DNA from: Neodothiora populina
Taxonomy: Eukaryota
Direction: 5' to 3'
NCBI RefSeq assembly: GCF_041146345.1
Contig: NW_027191405.1
Coordinates: 1,240,001-1,304,000, forward strand
Length of the DNA stretch: 64,000 nt
Of this stretch, positions 13,858 to 27,638 are shown piece after piece (the stretch's first letter is position 1; each line of letters begins with the position of its first letter). The position numbers were made by a program, and so were the translations under genes. The notes beneath the pieces were generated by a model. The model had not been told where the DNA came from and did not search any database. It saw only the letters and a program-made list of their open reading frames with translations.

Positions 13858-14319
13858 TGCTCAACACTTCATTTGCATCGGGAAGCATACAAGAGTCCCG
13901 TACGCGCGCGAGTGATCAGTAGCAGTAGATCATAAACAAACATGCAGACTGGAGTCGTTGTTGACGCAAGCAAGAGATGGAGATACGATTCCCCGACGGA
14001 CCGCGGCTTCCATAGTGGGGCCATCCACCCTCCGTCACTCAGCCCATACAGTACTGCGCTTGTGCGACAGATCAACCACCACTTGAAGTGAGAAGAACAA
14101 ATGTGCGATGCACTATGTGTCAACTCAAACGAAAAGGACCAGAGAAGCCTGTCTCTCTTTCTTAGTTACAATCCACCAGCCATGGGCATTATGAACACTG
14201 ACTATATACATTCCGCCTCAGGAGCCTGCTTGAAGCTCAGGGTATCATATCAACAATCCGACCGCTGGTCTCGCCAGCCATGAAGGTAAAATAGCAAAAC
14301 GCCTCCGCCGACATCTCTA

Positions 14320-15938
14320 TTACTCTCTAGGCCCTCCGAACTCGTACACGCCTCCGTGCCGACTCAAGACCGTCCCCAAACCACCAACCACCTCGGCCTG
14401 GAAGGGCTCAAACGGAACCTTTTCGCCGTCGATGCTGATGAATCCCTCTGTCTGACCGTTGCGCAGTTTCGGAGAAATGCGATAGGCCTTGATCTTGCGA
14501 TAGTTCACGTAGGGGAGGTCGAAGAACTTGTTTTGCTCGACGGCCAGCAAAGCCTTGACTGCTGTCATCCGTGCAAGGTTGCCATCGATATTCACCAGAT
14601 CCAAGTTGTTGTCGGCAGGGAGCGCGGCAGGGAAGAAGGGCGCATCGCTTGACATCCACGTCATGTTGCCGCAGTAGAAATTGCCCAGCGTGGGCATGGA
14701 CGTCTGTATCCAATCGTCCGGTATCTCGTCCTTTACTGTGCCATATTGAAGTTTCGGAAGCGGCGAATGCAAGTGATCCTCCATCTCCTCCTCGATCTCG
14801 CTTTCTCGTTTGGCAGCGATGGCCTTTTGCTCACTCCGCGTGCGCCTGTACACTTCTTTGATCTCTTTCTTGTCGTCTATCTCCACCTTGACGGCTACTT
14901 CAGCAGGATATACCGTCTTTCCTAGTAGCCTGAACAAGAAGCCCACGGTGAAGCGTGCACCTCCCATCCACCTGATGTTTTCGGTCCCTAAATCGCAGTC
15001 GGCGACAATGCCAACGGACTGACTGAGGAAACTCCAGTATTGCTGGTCCCCCTGAGTGATGGCCACCAGGTCCAGAGGGGTGCGCACTCCCTTGACGACA
15101 GCCAAAGCGGCTAGGGCAGGTGAGTCGGTTCCGTTTAGATTCAATGACATTGCGTTTCCGGATCCACACGGTAGTTGCGCAACGGCAATTTTCTTCAGCG
15201 CTCGTCTGGGACTTGCCTGTCTCGCTAGGCCGTTGAAGACTTCGTGAGGCAGACCATCTCCAGAGGCACACGCAATTACGTCGTATTTGTCCACATCAAT
15301 CTTCTCGGCGATCTCGACAGCGTGACGGACGTGAGTGGTTTGCTCTACGTCTAATTCGCAGCCGGCGGCCTTGAAGATGGGTTCAATCTCCCTCAAGTAG
15401 ATTCTACGGCCGGCTCCTTTTCCTCCAAAGGGATTGACCAATACTTTCAGACGCAGATGGCGCTGACCAGATGGATATGCTATGTCAAGAAGTTTGGCGA
15501 CCCATGACTTGGCCGCAGAGGAGGATGTTTTGTCTCCTAGAGTGTATGAGATGCGCGCCGGGCGGCAGGAGGTTTTGGAAGTGGGCAAGGCATGTTGGAC
15601 CACCAGCTCCAGTTCGTCGACGAAGGCATTGAGAATATTATAGTAGGGAATGGCATGCGTGGCACGCGATCCTGAGTCAAGTCAGTCTGTTATCAATGTG
15701 ACGTCTACCCGATGGCAAAGGTAAGTAGTTGCATACTTCCAGGCAAGAGGCCACAGCAATTAGAGGCGTCTCGGTGAACAAGTCCCTCGTCAAGTACAAG
15801 AAGCGAGTCGGCTCCCAGCGTCAAAGACGAAGTGTGAGCGACCAATAACGTAGCATCAGTCTCCAGCAACCCCTCTCGTTCCGCCGGCTGTGACGGATCA
15901 ACGAACGGATTGTCGCTATAGTTCTCCTCCTCCGACAT
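14320..15938 (-). CDS. LCB4: Sphingoid long-chain base kinase (Lcb4/Lcb5 family)
   Basis: DAG-kinase-like motifs VLVNPFGGKG, ASGDGLPHEVFNGL, LPCGSGNAM and ISIDGE. Exon 1 (from 15938) is joined by an intron at about 15738-15673. Confidence 0.92.
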
Positions 15939-16532
15939 GGCTAGGTGACTTGACTAGACAAGTCGGCAGGGGAGAGAAGGAAGATGGTGCCCCGTACCAC
16001 CCACAATGATCAAGAAACTAATAGATGCAGGTGTAAATCGATGATGAAGAAGATCGGGTACAAGTACTGTACTGTACTGTACTGTACAATACTATACCCT
16101 CAAAAGGCATGCGCTAATGGCTGGCTATCGATTAAGGCAAGGGCTCGAAGCACAAAGCAGGAAACAAGCAACAACGAACCAGGGAACAAGGCATCAGCGG
16201 GCCGGACAGCCGAAGTCACGCCAGAATTGGCTCCTGCACTTCCTTCTTCCAGCCCTGCCCGTAGTGCCGCTCCTGGCCGTGGGGTTACTGATAACCATGC
16301 ACACACACACACACACACATCTCATGCATATGCCGCTCGTACTTTGCTACTGTGTACATTACTTGTGTGATGCGAGATGTCATGTTTGGGGGACATCGCT
16401 TTGCTAAGCTTCAATAACTCAATATGTTCTTTTACACATGATCGACGTGCATCCTTCTCTAGTTTTCTCTCTTTCTGCATCTGAGCTCCTTCATCTTCCA
16501 CCTGACAAACCTCGTCCGGTGCCCACATCTGT

Positions 16533-19500
16533 TCAGAAATAATCTCCAATCTTGTTGAGACCCTTGAGTGAGCCCAGACTGAGTGCTAGACCTTGCGAGC
16601 GACTCCTGATCCTGACGAAACCTGTCACTACTCCTCCGTCCTCGCCTTCTTGCTCCACGCTCAAGTTCGCCAATGCATCCTCGCCTGTAACACTCTGTTA
16701 GCACCTTTAACCATAATGTCAACATGTGAGAAATGTACTTACCGAACACGCTCCTGGCGTACAAGTTGGCACTCAAGAATTGACAGTCCCCGCTGAGACT
16801 GGCCTCGGGTGTCAGACAGCTCATATTCGTAACCTTCATCAGCCCCTTCAAGAAGTCGCGCAGCCCCTTGCCGGCTGGCATCTTCGTGTTGATGTTGACC
16901 TTGTTTTCCCACTCAAACTCGGTCCACATGGTTCTGAACTGCGTCTCCGTGCATTGTGCTGGTTGGATATAGTCCATGATGTCGACGTGCACGTCATTGA
17001 GGATGACGACGTTGGTCTCCGTCGACGAAGCACCCTCATAGACGACGTTACCGAATATGACGCCGGTGTCTGTCGACGATACTTTTATCGTTGCCTGCAC
17101 GTTAAGGAAATCGAGAGGTGGAAGGTTTTGCGTCGTTGGCTTCTCCACAACCTTGAGATCTCCCACCGTGGCAAACTCCACTGATAGGTTTTGCAAGGTC
17201 TCTCTGGTCTGGTTGACGAGCAGAACGTCGAGGATGATGTCGAATTGATGTACTTGTACGTAAGCTTCGGCATAAACGGCGTCGGAGAACCCAGTGAGCT
17301 GCACCACGCGGCTGAGTTTGGATGTGAGGTCTTCCGTAGCCGAGTCGCCTCCCGTGGCTTTCTCCAGGTCCATACCGATCTCATCGGCACCGTCGACGGC
17401 ATTCTTCTTGGTAAGCTGGCGGATGACAACGACATCGTCGACCTGGATGGCGTTCTTTGCCTTGGCGACGGCATCCTTCTCGGCCCGCTTCTTCTCTTCC
17501 ACATTGACCATATCCCTGAATGCTTTTCGTGTGTCATCGAGGAAAGCGTTCTCCAGCTCGCGCTTCTGCGCAAACTCGGCGAGAGACCTCACGCAAGACA
17601 TGATGCGGTCGATAGAGTCCTCGTCAATCGGGTGCTTGACGAAGTGTGATTGACCTGCTCGGATAATGGAAATCATGATCAACATGGCTTCGGCGCGTAG
17701 CACGTTGGTTCGGGCCTCATCGTTGGAGATCTCGCTGTAGCGCATGACGAGCTTGGTGAGAGTCGACGACAAGACGGTAGCTAGGTAGTAGTCACCATCG
17801 AGGATAAGTTGACGCAAAGGTGGCTTCTGGGCGGCTTTGACTGCTTCAAGCTTAGCCTTGACAGCAGCTTGGCTAGTGAGAGCACTCTCTGTTGCGTATG
17901 TGCCATCTGCGAGGACTTTCCGCGATCCCGTAGGTCCAGAGGGCTTGGAGTGGCCGTTCACCTGATCGCCAAGGTTGCTCTCGCCGTCGGGTTGCTCTTC
18001 GAGAAGTCTTTGTTCGGAGGCAAGAATGGGGATCTCGCCCAGACTGGCGCGGATACGCTTCCAGGCCTCGCGAATGTCGTTTGCCTCGAGTGAATATTCT
18101 CCGATAATCCACAATGATCCGCGGTATACCTTGCCAGCTCTGACTTCGCCAAGAGTCGAGACCAACCTCTCGACAATTGTTTGCCTGAGTTTGGGGAACT
18201 TCTCAACCACCTCTTTGACGAATGAAATGACGTCTACCGCCGAGGCGTTGTTAAAGTCGGCGATGAAATCCATTAGAAGTCCAACAACACTGGCGGCAAC
18301 CTCGGAGAATTTGACGGCGCATTGATGGATAGAGTGGATGAGTAGAGAGCGGTATTCGTTGTTCTGCAATCAGTTAGACGATTCGATTCCAATAGGGCCG
18401 ACACGGCGCAGTGCAAGTATACCTTCTCGTATTGTTCGTCGACAGTCTTGGCCAGCTCTTTCTTCAACAACAAAACAACCTCTTCGACGTTCTTGCTGGA
18501 CACCATGTCGAGCGCAATTCCGAGCGCCTTGCTTCGCACATCAAGATCTGGGCTGGACAGAACGCGCAGAATTTCCATGGTCAGGTCGTCTAGGACGCCT
18601 TCGTTGGCCTTGCGCAATTGGTTGACCTTCTCGAGGACAATCAACTTGACGTTGTTATCCGGCTCCTTGATGCTCAGCTCGATGAACTTGGCAGCAGCGG
18701 CCTTCACGGCGACGGGGTTGCTGGTGAGAGCAGTAAGGGAGGAGGCAGCCTCGTAGACGACGGTGGACTCCTTGGCTTCGAGGAGGTCGAAAATGAGGCG
18801 CAGGTAACGGGCCTGTCGCATTGTTAGAGGCATTGGGGTAGGTAGTGCTATGCGAGTCCAGAACGTACCTTGTTCTGCGGATTCGTCACAGCATCCTTGC
18901 GGATGAATTCCAGTTCGCCGAGCTGCAGCAACTCATCCGCGTTGGGGATACCCTCGAAGACGGAGCTCAGATACTCGAGTGCTTTGTCGTGGCTGATCGA
19001 AGCGAGGGCAGCAAAGGCATTTCTCTTGCAGGTAGCGTCACTCTCGGCCTCGAGGAAAGTCTGGAGAAGCTCGGGAGCATCAGGCATCAGAGCTTCATTG
19101 TGCTGGTAGACAGATGCGATGGCGAAGACGGCGTTCTTGCGGACGTATGAGTGGCGGTGCTCGAGACATGCGCGAGCTGGTGCGAGTAGGGGCTCGATGA
19201 GTTCAGCATCGCGTAATTTGCACAGAAATCGTAGGGTGTTGCCTCTGATGTACTCGTTTGCGTGCTGTAAGTCCATGCGAATGCCGTTGCTAGAGAGTAG
19301 GAGAAAGGATAGATTAGCGCGCCTGCCCGAAATCTGGAGCTAACAGCAAAACAATGAATTGCGACGAGCATACCAGACCAGAATCATCTCCTGCTTGAGC
19401 TTGCCGTTGGCGTCGTGCTTCGGGCACACCTCGTAGTACATGTACAGGAGCTTCTTAAGGGGCTTGCTCTTCGAGGGCATGACGAATCGGATAATGTGCA

Positions 19501-19678
19501 TCAGAAGCTGAGGCATTGGGTCGCCATTGAGCATGATGGTCAAGATTCGTTTCATCGTCTCTTGCTTGCTTTCATCTGTGCCCTTTTCAAGCTGTGTGCG
19601 AAGGTCCTGTAGGGAAGGCTGATCGGCTGTGTTGTCTTGATGTACAAGACTGTACGAGTTGTCCAGGAAGGTCGCCAT
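16533..19678 (-). CDS. SEC26: Coatomer subunit beta (COPI), 6 exons
   Basis: Motifs [57 protein letters not shown] and [14 protein letters not shown]. The last exon is [11 protein letters not shown]...[12 protein letters not shown]...GDYF*, with the stop at 16533-16535. Confidence 0.96.
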
Positions 19679-20233
19679 GATTGTGGGATATGGGGCGATT
19701 CAGTGATTGAATGCTCGAGGTAATTCCCCCGACCTCACTCCTTCAAATGTCTGGCGGGATGAAACAGACACGGGTCAGGTCAATGCCAGGGAGGGTCGAG
19801 GTCAAGGAGAGAACCAGGGCCAAGACTATTAGAGCGAGCGGTCTTTGTTGTGTTGTCCTCCTGAGGCACAAGGAAGGAGCGCAGTAGCAGTGGACCAACA
19901 CGGCAAGAGCAAGAGAATATAATTGAATAAAGAGACGGAGGCCAGTGTTGTCGCAACAGTGCCTTGAGGTATTGCAGTGAGGTGTAGGTATTAATCAATT
20001 CATAAATTCAAACAACATGGGGGTTTCCATCGACACAGCTGTCCCCTGCTCTGTTCCGCTTCAATCATCGTCTCGCTCTCTCTCCTTCTCCGGGGCGCGC
20101 CATCATCCACAACATCAGCCCTACCGTCTTGGCCCGGCCTCCGCTGCCTCACCAGGACACCTGCTGTGGCATATACACTACACTACTACCACCACCTACC
20201 AACACCTGGTATCAGTCGTCATCACATGAAATC

Positions 20234-21161
20234 ATGGCGAGCACCGAGCCTTTCTACCTGAGATACTAGTAAGTTCCTTAATATTCATGTCAACTCGTCA
20301 CACTGCATGATCCCCTCTTTGGCCAGAAAATTAATTAGGACACTTTTTGTCCATCGACTACCCAATTTCCAATGCGAATTCAAAGCACTCCCTGTCAGAA
20401 GAATAAAAACAAGGAGTCTACAGCCATCATATCGGTCACGCATTCACTGACCGTGATCATCACAGCTCGGGCCATTCTGGTAGATTCGGACATGAGTTCC
20501 TAGGTATTTATTGGATTCTACCTTCGTATGGTACCCAGCTAAGATTATCGAAGAGTTCGACTTTCGCGCATTAGGTGATGGCCGCTCGGCTTCAGCGCGA
20601 TACGCAAACAATTCGAATTACCGGAACGATTCTCTGATTCGGAAGGAGAGTATGTCTTCTCTTCTTCTCCATAAAAATCAATCGCCACTGCTGACTATAT
20701 CCTCAGTGTGTGTGAGCTCATTGATGATTGATGAGATCAAGCGCATCATCAAGGACAGCGAGATCATGAAGTACGTGTACTCGAGATTCGTCTCTTCGGC
20801 GACAGGCATTGACCGTTCCACAGGGAAGATGACACGAAATGGCCACAGAAGAACAAAGATGGCAGGCAAGAACTAGAGATCAGACTCGGCAATGAGCACA
20901 TTTCATTCGAGGTAAGATCGCACTCGTGTAGGCGGATGCTGCATCTTCTAATCACATGTTAGACTGCCAAAATCGGCTCTCTTGTCGATGTGAATGAGTC
21001 TGAGGACCCCGAGGGACTTCGCGTTTTCTACTATCTGGTGCAAGATCTCAAGGCTCTGGTCTTCTCACTAATCGCGTTGCACTTCAAGGTAACCCAAGAC
21101 CACCGTACCTATATTACAATATGGCATGTAGTTGACACACAAGCAGATCAAGCCAATCTAA
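20234..21161 (+). CDS. MAGO: Mago nashi (exon junction complex core), 7 exons
   Basis: Splicing of six GT..AG introns gives [29 protein letters not shown]...[17 protein letters not shown]...[15 protein letters not shown]...[32 protein letters not shown]. Confidence 0.96.
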
Positions 21162-21866
21162 GTCATATCGCCTGTGGGATTGACCAAGATTAGTGGCGGA
21201 CGGTAGAGGCTCGAGAAGACTCGGTTCTGTGAGGATGCAAACACATTCATCAACATGCCGGCCCACCGTCTTCCAACTGAATTCACGTGGAATGACTACG
21301 AGCCTTGTCAAATATTATGCGATGCAAAGCAAGCAGAAAGTCCATGATAAGCTTGCAGGAGAGGGCAGAGGTTTAGCCCAAACATCTTGCGAGAGTAGTG
21401 CGTGGTGGCCGGTCGCATGCATACTGTACTGTACTGTATTTGTCTGGCCCGGGTGCATGGCGCCGGCGCACAGACATTTGAACGAGGTGATCGCAGATGA
21501 ATGGGAGAGTTGGGGGGCTTTCTCCTTGTGCCTCGTGCTTACTGGAGGTGGTTCCCCGCCGTTCAAGCGGATCAAGGGTCTCCGCAGGAGAGACTGCCAA
21601 GATGAGATGGGATCATGAATGACTTGGACTGTGAGTCTGGCCTGTCTCGCCTGTATCATCGAGTCCTCATGATCACGGCTGTCGTTGCATAGCACACCTT
21701 AGCATACCCTTAGCATACATACAATGTGCCTAACCTAAATCCACCCATCGCTACCTCCAGTTTTACTTTTATGTTATCATATAATTGTCGTGTTCTACTC
21801 TACCTTCTACCTTTTTACCCCATGGTTCACCCTTGACTTGTAGTAATCCCTCCTTGACATAACATC

Positions 21867-23114
21867 ATGCCCACACCTAGTGACTACACACTCGATTCGC
21901 CGCCGACCGCTATCTCCGTGGATGCCAGAAATGTACATACAACCTGCCCGCCCGAGGAGGACAGGGAGACCATAGTGCCGCGCACAGAAAGAGCAGCAAC
22001 ATCACCACAGCATGCGCACAATTCGAGTCCAGACACAGGCGGATCCGATTCACCTGGGCTGCCCGCCTCCTCCCCACGCGATCAGCCCGGGTCCGATACC
22101 GTCGCCGCAGCTCGAAACCCGCAGTCCCCAGAAGCCACTACTCCACTTAAACACATGGACGCCGTGGACGAAGCCATAAGCACAAACACCGCAGACGAAA
22201 ACACATCCTCGTCGTCGGCCACGTCGGACGAGTCGCGAGACAGTGACGCACGTCTCGCGCACTCCATGTCCGCTGCCGCCATCTCACCTTCCCTTCCACC
22301 GACCTATCCACTTGTCGCCTCGACAACCAAAAGAGTATGATGAGACAGACCCAAACTAATTGTCTTTGTGTTCGCCGTTGCTGACCCGGCTTTGAAGTTC
22401 TTGCCTAACTCGAGCTCGTCCCTACTACGGCCGGGGAGTAAATTCCACGGCACTCAACAATCAGACCGCCAGACGTACGATGTGCAAGTGGAGATCAAGC
22501 AGGTGGACATGGAGAACTCCTACCTGTGTGGCTATCTTCGAATTCAAGGTGGGTAGGGACCTGATCGGTCGGAGACGGGGTTTCCCTGCAAGTCGTTCTC
22601 GTGACTCACATCTTATTTCATCCAGGCCTCACCGACGATCACCCAACGTTGACGACCTGCTTCGAGGGCGAGATAATTGGCACAAAACACACATTCAAAA
22701 CAGCCCATCCCGAGTGGGGGTCTACCGAGAAGGTGGACATGCAGCATTGGGCGCGCTTCCCTGCATGGCGTCCTCTTGCCAAACAAGCGAGATCGCCCAG
22801 CTTCACCTTCAAGAACTTTGCCCAGCGGGAGCATCTCTTCATGAGGTGGAAAGAGTATTTTCTCGTGCCTGATCACAAGGTGAAATCGATTACCGGCGCT
22901 AGTTTCGAGGGTTTCTATTACATATGCTTCAACCAATGTACAGGCACCGTCAGTGGTATATATTTCCACTCACGGAGTGAAAAGTAGGTCTTGCAGTTTT
23001 CTGACAACAGAAGTATCCACCGAGGCTAATTTTGTTGTGATCGTCAGGTATCAGCAACTTGAATTAAAACATGTCGACGACCGGGGCTGCTTGGGTGCAA
23101 TGGAGTTCAGGTAG
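21867..23114 (+). CDS. GID4: GID complex substrate receptor Gid4/Vid24
   Basis: Motifs LRPGSKFHGTQQS, YLCGYLRIQGLTDDHPTLTT, DMQHWARF and FMRWKEYFLVPDHKVKSITGASFEGFYYIC, ending ...MEFR*. Three introns. Confidence 0.92.
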
Positions 23115-23947
23115 TTGTTCATGATGGTATGCGAAGCGTCTTCTGCCGGCCAACAAGGCATGGCTATGCTACGAAATGACAAATGTATGCGCGGGTTGGA
23201 GCAATTGGTGGCGTTTCTCTTCTTCTTTCCTATATTCCCTGTTGACAACTTATTTTTTTGTCTATTCGCAGGCGACTGCACTGTCATCTTCGACCTGTCT
23301 TATTAGTAAAGTGGGGACTGCTCCTCTCGGTCACCTCCTCTCCTTTTTTTTCTTTTCGAAACGCAAAAGGTGTTTATTGGATGTTCAACGGTTATCACAG
23401 TCATCGGAGTAGGAGCGACATTAGTACAGCAAGCTACAGTGGCGAAAACAACTCGCGAAAAGCATGCAGCTATCAAAGGAAAAGTCCCGAGACCACGCAA
23501 GCACACCCCACACTGATCGGGACAGTGTGAACGACCGAAGTATTCATGCCAAGAGATTGGAATAGATACAAAATGTAGTAGAATTGACAGGAAATGATGC
23601 ATTGAGTAAGGTAGGTAGATTGAGTGAGGTGTGCAGTCTTGACGACGACCTCCACTAAGGTAATTATGGGGGGACCTAGGGTAGAAATCACCAGTACCAA
23701 GAACAAGTATTTGCATGCACAGATGGCCACAATTAAGAGTAGCACATGTCTTCAGCAAAAGTGAGGGACAGACATCGAAAGCGAAAGCGAAAGCGCCAAG
23801 GTCGGCTGGTCTGGTCCGTGCGGCGTCATCGGCTAGCGTCCACACGACTACGAAGTTCGCGAAATCTTCAATGATTGAGAACTTGTCGACGACGAGCAAG
23901 CCAAGTACGCCCAACGACCCCTCGACAATACCGCCAACACCGCCGAG

Positions 23948-24869
23948 ATGCTGTACATTCACTCCGGTAATTCGAAAGCGTGCATCAGAGTGTATACAAG
24001 GATCTCGTAGAGCTGACAATTTCGCAGAGGAGACCCTCCCCATCCCTGAGGGTGGTACGTTTTGCGCAAACCCACGAAACCAATCGACGACAGGCCAGCG
24101 ACTAATCAAATGACTCTGCAGTCAAAATCTCGATCAAGACCAGACAGGTCGTCGTCGAGGGCCCCCGTGGTGTACGTTCTCCGATGGAAAAACGATGAAA
24201 TGAACCAAAAGAAGACGGAAACAGGAATGCTCATACCACTTTTCCCACAGACTCTCCACAAGGACCTCTCGCACATCGCCGTCTCTTTCTCCACCCCCAA
24301 GGCCAACACCTTGACCATCACCATGCACCACGGTGCCCGCAAGAACCTGGCCACTCTCCGTACCGTTCGCACCCTCATCAACAACATGGTCATCGGTGTT
24401 ACCAAGGGCTTCAAGTACAAGATGCGCTACGTCTACGCCCATTTTCCCATCAACGTCAACCTCGACAAGAACAACGAGACCGGTCTTTGGGAGGTCGAGA
24501 TCAGGTATGCTTTTTTCTCTGGGTGCTGGATGACTTTTGAAAAGAAAAAAAGAAGCTGAGAATAAACTACAGAAACTTCTTGGGCGAGAAGATCGTGAGA
24601 AAGGTCATCATGGCCGACGGCGTCGACGTCGAGGCCTCCAAGGCACAGAAGGATGAGCTTGTCCTCTCCGGCAACGACCTCGAGAAGGTCTCCCAGAGCG
24701 CCGCAGACATCCAGCAGAAGTGCAGAGTCAGGAACAAGGATATCCGAAAGGTGCGCCCTCTTGATTGTCGATTGCGCGATTGCGCCCATTCGATGACTCT
24801 ACTAACACCGAACAGTTCCTTGACGGTCTCTATGTCTCCGAGAGGGGCAACATTGTTGAGGAGGCTTAA
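23948..24869 (+). CDS. RPL9: 60S ribosomal protein L9 (uL6), 6 exons
   Basis: Spliced product [40 protein letters not shown]...[20 protein letters not shown]...RNFLGEK...[25 protein letters not shown], with strong codon bias. Confidence 0.96.
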
Positions 24870-25514
24870 GCGCACTTCGACTCGGCGTGTCTTGCTTCCT
24901 TCCAATGAAATAACTGGCGAAAGGCGGTACTTTAGGGATTTGCTTTGCAGTCTGGGCTGCGGTAGTACTACAAATGACATACGGGCAACATTCCAATGGA
25001 CCAAAAATGTAACGATTCCACCCAAAAAGAATTCCTGTTCATTTTCACCCGCTGTTTTTCCCTGCTTCTTGATCATCTACAGTTCTGAAGGGCGCTGCTG
25101 CTGCGTCACTTTCTACAAAAAGGACATAGCCGTCATCTGACCGACCGTGAGAAAGAGAAAGAGCAAAAAGAAGAGAAGACAGAGCTTGGAATAGTCAGAA
25201 TATGGAATGCCATTTCGCCCCCTTTTCGCCAGTCACAGTCCAGGGTATCTGAGCCGTCCACAAACATGAAATGTGCCACCCAGTCCTACCAACTTCGGTC
25301 GCATGAAGAGAACGCCTCCGAGTTCGCTCTCTGTGCTGTTTATCCGAAAGCCTGCATTTCCTCACTTTTAGAAAATGCGCCATGTGAAAGCTGACTGTCC
25401 TTCCTATCGCACTGGTTTTATAAACTGAAAAGAAACGGGGACTTTGTGTGCCAACCGCGAGTGATCCATTGATGTGAATCTGCCAACAATAATAACAACA
25501 ACAACAACAACGGA

Positions 25515-26486
25515 TCAAGCCTCGACGTGATGTGCCTTCTTGGTCAACTTGGACGCCTCCATGATGCGCTTCCCTCCCAGGCTCTTGATCAAGTCGACCA
25601 GCTTGTCCTCGGCGTCGAAGTTGGCCACGTCGTCGCCTCCGCCGATGCTTTTGCCATTGATCAAGACATTGGGGACGGTCCGTCTGCCGGTTGATTTTTC
25701 CAATGCTGCTTGGAGCCTCGCGCCGAGCGGGTGGAGGTCCAGCTCCTCGACGTAGGGTGCGGGCACGATGTTGTATCCGTCTAGAAGGATGTGCTTGGCC
25801 TTTTTAGAGTAAGGACAGTAGCTCTTTGAGAAGATGATGACTGTGAACCCAATTGTCAGTTTTGAATCCCTCTCGGTCAGTCTCAAGCACGACGACGACG
25901 ACGACTTACTCGGGCTCTTCTTCAAGATCGAATTGAGCTCAATTTCCGTCTCGTGATCCTCATCGCTCTCTTCCTTTTCCTCTCCCTCCTTCTCTCCGCT
26001 GGCAGGGTCTTTGGCTCCCGAATTACCCACTTTAGCGACCCCGTCGTCCTTGAGCCCCTTCATCATCTTGCGCCCCGCCACGCTCTTCTCCGCCGCATCG
26101 ACTCCCGTAACGCCATGCACGGCGTCCTTTGCGCCGCCCGCGACTTTCGCAGCGACGCTCTTGGCCTTCTCCGTCGCGTCCTCGATATCGACCGCGAACG
26201 GCTTCTGCTGCGGTTTTTCCTTGGGCGTGTTCGCAACAGGCAAGTCCGGGTCGCGCAAGTTGGCCTTTTGCGCCGCCTCGGCCTCGGCCGCGGCTTGGAT
26301 CCGCTTGTGGTTCTCTGCGTCCAGCGCCTCGTGCGCTGCCCGCGTCTTTGCGTCTATCGCTGCCACTGTCCGCGTGTAGAACTCTGATGTCCGCGTCGAT
26401 TGGCCCGCGTGTGACATGTAGATGATGGTCAGGAGGAGGACGCCCGCCAGGAGGCCGAAGGCTCGGAGCCGACGCTGGGACGGCAT
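25515..26486 (-). CDS. Secretory-pathway monothiol glutaredoxin (Grx6/7-like) with N-terminal signal anchor
   Basis: N-terminal RRLR followed by a hydrophobic helix. The C-terminal Grx domain has IIFSKSYCPYS, TGRRTVPNVLINGKSIGGGDD. A 69-nt in-frame intron lies at 25909-25841. Confidence 0.88.
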   Translation of the reverse strand: MPSQRRLRAFGLLAGVLLLTIIYMSHAGQSTRTSEFYTRTVAAIDAKTRAAHEALDAENHKRIQAAAEAEAAQKANLRDPDLPVANTPKEKPQQKPFAVDIEDATEKAKSVAAKVAGGAKDAVHGVTGVDAAEKSVAGRKMMKGLKDDGVAKVGNSGAKDPASGEKEGEEKEESDEDHETEIELNSILKKSPSKSSSSSCLRLTERDSKLTIGFTVIIFSKSYCPYSKKAKHILLDGYNIVPAPYVEELDLHPLGARLQAALEKSTGRRTVPNVLINGKSIGGGDDVANFDAEDKLVDLIKSLGGKRIMEASKLTKKAHHVEA

Positions 26487-27638
26487 TGTTCTTTTTGTTT
26501 TAGTGGATATGCAGGGTGTGTTGTGCAGATCTGATGATAAGGTGAATGATAGGGATAATACTCCGATATTGATATGTTATGTGTGTATAATTGATCAATC
26601 CACGCCCCAGATATTCAGAAATGTGATGGATCTAGCTTAGTGTGGGAGAGCAGGAGCAGGAGCAGGAGCAGCAGCTGCGGGCAGGGGCAAGGCAAGCCGA
26701 GGTACCAAGAGTCGTTGACTCGTATTGCTAGACTCGCTCGTGACGTCGAAAAGAGAATCCCCTGACAGAATCAAGAGTAAATTCTAAAAATTCAGAAGGA
26801 AAAAATTAATATGAGGATAATAGAGACAAAGAGCAAAGAAGAAGCGACAAGAAGACAGACTCGCAGTGTTGTTGAACGAAAACCGGGCGAGGTGTCATTT
26901 TATCGGTGAATAACCGTCCAAGTCTCTATTGGATGCAGACTAGTAGTTGCGACAAACTTGGCCGCACTACTACTTACTGTACTGTACACACAAAAGACCG
27001 CCCTCTCTCCTTCGACCCCCCTTCTTTGTGCCCCTGAGAAGTGAGAACGGCCTGTGTCTTGGTGCTACGTGACCTTATCGTGTGTACAAGTCTTTGTGCT
27101 TGCTCAATATTGCTGGTGGTGCTTCTTGGTAGCTTTTTCCCACACCCGCATTTCGTCTGCGAGCCAGCCTGTCTGTCTGCCTTGTTTGTTCGTTCCCATG
27201 GTACAGCATCAAGAAGGCAGAAAGGAACAGCTCTGTTCTTTTCTCCGGGTGGACGACTAATCAGCGGGTGCGAACAAGGCTGCTTGTGGCTGCATTATTG
27301 CATGTCTTTACACGCATGAATCTGTGGCACCAGAGAGCGTAAGGTAGGTAGGTACCTTAGAAAGGAGAATCGCATGTCTCTAAGGGACCCCACTTGGACT
27401 ATCTTACCGTACCGTATATCAAGTATTGTTGTCTCTTTGAAGCTTACAGGAACAGGAGAAGCCTGCCTTAAGCATCTATCATGCCACCGATTCTCTCCCG
27501 TCTTGCTTGCTCCTACTCGCAACCGTTTGCGGGTCGTTTGATCCATCCCATTCATCCATCTGTCCCGTCTGTCGGATCGGGCGGGCTGGATGTGTTGATG
27601 TTGATTCTGAAGTTGACTTTGATGTTGTGCTCGCGTGC

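Noticed and set aside
23303..24109. 268-aa minus-strand ORF overlapping the RPL9 promoter and first exons
   Set aside because: It has a non-ATG start, no recognisable motifs, and is antisense to a highly expressed gene.
26920..26950. GGATGCAGACTA resembling the RNase P RNA CR-V motif
   Set aside because: The match is imperfect and I found no complementary upstream CR-I motif.
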